DNA of 64,000 nucleotides from Plasmodiophora brassicae (Eukaryota): NCBI GenBank assembly GCA_036867785.1, contig CP145414.1, positions 62,001 to 126,000 of the forward strand, read 5' to 3'. Shown piece by piece: positions 60,681 to 64,000 of this stretch (position 1 is its first letter; each line of letters starts with the position of its first letter). The notes under the pieces were generated by a model. It saw only the letters and a program-made list of their open reading frames with translations, ran no database searches and was not told where the DNA came from. The position numbers and the translations under genes were made by a program.

Positions 60681-60925
60681 CGGCACCCGTGTGTGGTCGG
60701 ACGCACCCCGTTGCCGCTGCTGCTGCTGCCGCCAGCCCTGCGTGCGTGCGCGCCCTGCCGCGTCAAACTGCAATGCCGCGACGCACTAATCTCCGAAAAT
60801 AGCGCCCCCTCCTCACCCCGCCGCAGTCGTTCCGTGATCGAACGAGCGCGTGTCGGAACCCCCGGATCGGACCATGCTTTATTCCCATGACGTCACGTTC
60901 TGCAGCAGACATACGTTCCAGGGCA

Positions 60926-61558
60926 TCAACGCTGCGCCGGGTTCTGCTTCACCCACTCGGCGACCTTGGGGTGCTCGCCGACGGTCTGGACGACCTTGGC
61001 GATGGCAGGGTACCCGTCGATGAGGTCCTTGGGGATGCCGTCGATCATGCCGGAGCGGAACCACTGGGTGAGGCCCCACAGGGAGATGTCGGCGATCGTG
61101 ATCGTGCTGCCGCACGTGTATCCGGGCGTTGCGTTCTGCCCCAGGGCGCGATCGATGCCCTTCAGGAGCGGCGGCAGCGTTGTGTCGGCGAGCTCCTTGC
61201 GCATGGCCATCTTCTTCTGCGCGTCCGGCTCGCGCAGCGACGGCATCAGCGCGGTGACGATGTCGGTGTTGGCCTCGATGATCTGGTCGACCTTGAGGCG
61301 GTCGATCGGGGTCGCCGGCTCCATCTTGCCGATGGCGGCGACGTAGCGCAGCAGGGCGTGCGTCTGCGCGTACTGGACGCCGTCGATCGTCATGACGGGC
61401 AGGCCGCCGAACGGCGTCTTGGGCTTCAGGCTCGGCCACTGGTCGCGGGCGACGCGCTCGAACTCGTACGGAACGCCCGCCACGTGCAGCGCCAGGCGTA
61501 TCGTCTCGGCGCGCCCGGGCATGTCAAAGTACGTCAGCTTGATCGACGGCGACGGCAT
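60926..61558 (-). CDS. Glutathione S-transferase (sigma-like)
   Basis: IKLTYFDMPGRAETIRL, TPFGGLPVM, QTHALLRY, ITIADI. Confidence 0.93.
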   Translation of the reverse strand: MPSPSIKLTYFDMPGRAETIRLALHVAGVPYEFERVARDQWPSLKPKTPFGGLPVMTIDGVQYAQTHALLRYVAAIGKMEPATPIDRLKVDQIIEANTDIVTALMPSLREPDAQKKMAMRKELADTTLPPLLKGIDRALGQNATPGYTCGSTITIADISLWGLTQWFRSGMIDGIPKDLIDGYPAIAKVVQTVGEHPKVAEWVKQNPAQR

Positions 61559-61899
61559 CGCGTGCTCCCTTTGTTGCCCCACGCGCGCGCCACGCACGCT
61601 CCGACCCGGTCCGTTTAAAATGTGATCGGGGCGACGTCGACCCGTTCGGCCCACAAACGTCTTATCTATATTTTGCCGTCGACTGCTGCCGTCGCCGCTT
61701 TCCTACATAGAACTGGTGTTTATGTTCGGGATCCTCCATTTGGTAGCACACTGGTTGGTGGGAGCTGCGGGAACGGCCATAGATTATGAACGCTGTGTGC
61801 TGGATGGTCGCCTTGGCCTGCTCCTCCAAATGCGGATGAAGTGGCCGCGGTGGCGACGCCACTGGTTGTGCTCCCGGCACGAGGTCGATGTGATGCGTC

Positions 61900-62400
61900 T
61901 CCGTCTCGGCTCGCCCGACGGGATTGAAGCCCGTGTTGAACCGGTCCGCGGTCGCGCATACCCACCGCCGGATACGTCGTTGGGTTGCCTCTCGAAACTG
62001 CCGCCTGGTGCTGAGTCATCGGTGCATCTGCTGCACCTTCTTCCGACACGATGGCGCCCACCGTCATTGCACAGATCTGCTGCTCCGCGATCGGTGCCGT
62101 TTTCGTGCGGCCTCGACGTGGCCTTTCCACTAGCACCGGACCATCGGCCACCGCCTCGTCCACCCGGACTTGCACCGCCATCACCTGGTCCCGCCGCACA
62201 ACAACGTCCTCCACCAGGCGCAGCTGGACCGCCCTTCCCGTTCGCCGTCTGGACTGTTTCAAATGGACGCGAATGCCGATGCCCGGGATCTCGACGTGAC
62301 CCAGCGCCAAGTCCCACCGTGTTGGCCACGCGTGCAGTTATGGGTGACCTATGATGAGGTCATGCGGCATGGCGTCGTCGCACACGGTGACTGCGATCTC
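61900..62400 (-). pseudogene. Possible retroelement aspartic-protease remnant
   Basis: IAVTVCDDAMPHDLIIGHP* resembles the C-terminal motif of retropepsins; stop codon in frame. Confidence 0.25.
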
Positions 62401-62754
62401 TGCTACTTGTCACGACTTTCGCAACCGCTTGATCGCCTTGGGCGAGTATATATGATGGAACGGAGTTGGTTGATGTCTTCAGTTTCTTTGGTGGCGTCGT
62501 GGTCAACACTCATCGTGAACCTTGACGGCGTGTGTCGGTGGCACTTTCAAATTAAAGTGACAACCAACTGCGTATCTGGCTGGCTCTAGTGAACGGGCGG
62601 CTCGGGAAATGTGATCGTAGGCGTTGACGGACGCTGTAGTACGTAACGACGTAGAGAGGCCAGAGAAATGATATGGGGCCCTTCGGATCGGGACGTTCAA
62701 CTTGGGCAGTGTTCGTCCGGTGTCCGCTGCCAACGGGTCAGCAGGCCAGAGACC

Positions 62755-63833
62755 CAGACAATCAGCCCAGTTCGAACACATATCCCAACCTCATAACGGA
62801 CCCCTGGCCCATTCCGTTTGTGGGAGTACCATTTCCGACTGAATGGCGCCGACTCTTGTATCGCGGGCAATCACTCGTGCGCGTCCAACGAGACGAAACA
62901 ATTGCAGTGACTTGGAGCGCCGACGAAACGGTCTTTCCATTGAATCTGGATGCATAGTCATCGACGTAACAAACATGCCATCTATGTAGCTGAATGCGAA
63001 AACACCACGGAAAGGTTGGCAAGCCGCTCTACGAATAACCATATCCATTTCCTTAATGTTTTCTCATCCGCTCCCGTACCGCCGTAGACATCGAGAATCC
63101 TCCTGTGTTCGCGGCAGTGTACCGGGACGGACCGACCAAGACCGATCGGGTCGTCATCTGTGCGGGGATGTTTGGACTTCCTGGCGCTAAGGACATCCAC
63201 ATCGACCTCGACGAAGATGACGCCCAGACCGCAATCATTTCGCATGACTGGCAGCGGTCCGATGTCGTGGAAGTTACCCCAACCTTGTTCCACGCCGAAG
63301 TGCCGGGATTAACAGGAATCGGGAGCTTCATACGAAACGTCTTTCGTGGTGCCTGACTGCACGACGATCGATGGTGCGCCAGTTCTTCATCGATGGCATT
63401 CAGGCGCCCGTAATACGTCTGGGGATCGTCTTTCGACGTCGCCCAGGTCGCGCATATCACTAAAACAATCCCGATACACTGCCGCGAACACAGGAGGATA
63501 CTCGATGGACGTCTACGGCGGCACGGGAGCGGATGAGAAAACATTAAGGAAATGGATATGGGCATTCAAAGAGCGGCTTGCCAACCTTTCCGTGGTGTTT
63601 TCGCATTCAGCTGGCATGATTGTTTCGTCGATGACCTATGCATCCAGATTCAATGGAAAGACCGTTTCGTCGGCGCTCCAAGTCACTGCAATTGTTTCGT
63701 CTCGTTGGACGCGACTGATTGCCCGATACAAGAGCCGCCGCCATTCCGTCGGAAATGGTACTCCCATAAACTGAATGGGCCAGGGGTCCGATAAGAGGTT
63801 GGAATATGTATTCGAACTGGGCTGATTGTCTGG
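62755..63833. repeat. Diverged inverted duplication (~370-bp arms, ~340-bp spacer) in a decayed gene
   Basis: cagacaatcagcccagttcgaa..ttcgcggcagtgta (62756-63122) pairs with tacactgccgcgaa..ttcgaactgggctgattgtctg (63475-63831). Confidence 0.85.
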
Positions 63834-64000
63834 AGTACGAATTAAACAAAACGTAATTGCCTGGTATGGTGTACGTTACTTACGGAAAGCGCCTACGCCT
63901 GGAAGTCTGGATGCTTGTTGTATATATACCTCCTGCGGCCGTGTCGCCTCAGCGATGGTACCGTCGTCGCAAAGCTTGTCCAGCAGTCGTTGCGCCGAAG

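Overview
Eukaryotic, GC-rich, short-intron genomic DNA. A flagellar RIB43A gene, Zn2Cys6 factors, 7TM and ankyrin proteins and the intron style suggest a flagellated protist such as the plasmodiophorid Plasmodiophora brassicae (inference, not verified). The window has two compartments. Bases ~1-37.8 kb are a rearranged, repeat-rich accessory region. It holds TMA7, a PA-like/7TM receptor gene and its truncated copy, a secreted F-box-like gene with 15 single-LRR exons of 68-69 nt, and two decayed CACTA/EnSpm-like transposases. It also holds a young Ty3/Gypsy chromovirus with identical LTRs but no RT, carrying a hAT-like element and a MITE, plus USP-like relics, effector-like genes and many fold-back inversions. 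Bases ~37.8-61.6 kb are a compact housekeeping block: tRNA-Asp, RPB8, Rab11, PSF3, RIB43A, PLA2 group XII, two Zn2Cys6 TFs, CAF1, SAS10, a chromodomain protein, an S9 peptidase and a GST. The best candidates for something new are the modular LRR exon-cassette gene, the RT-less cargo-carrying retroelement, and the repeated folding of TE genes into hairpins. All family assignments are from motif recognition by eye; no searches were run.
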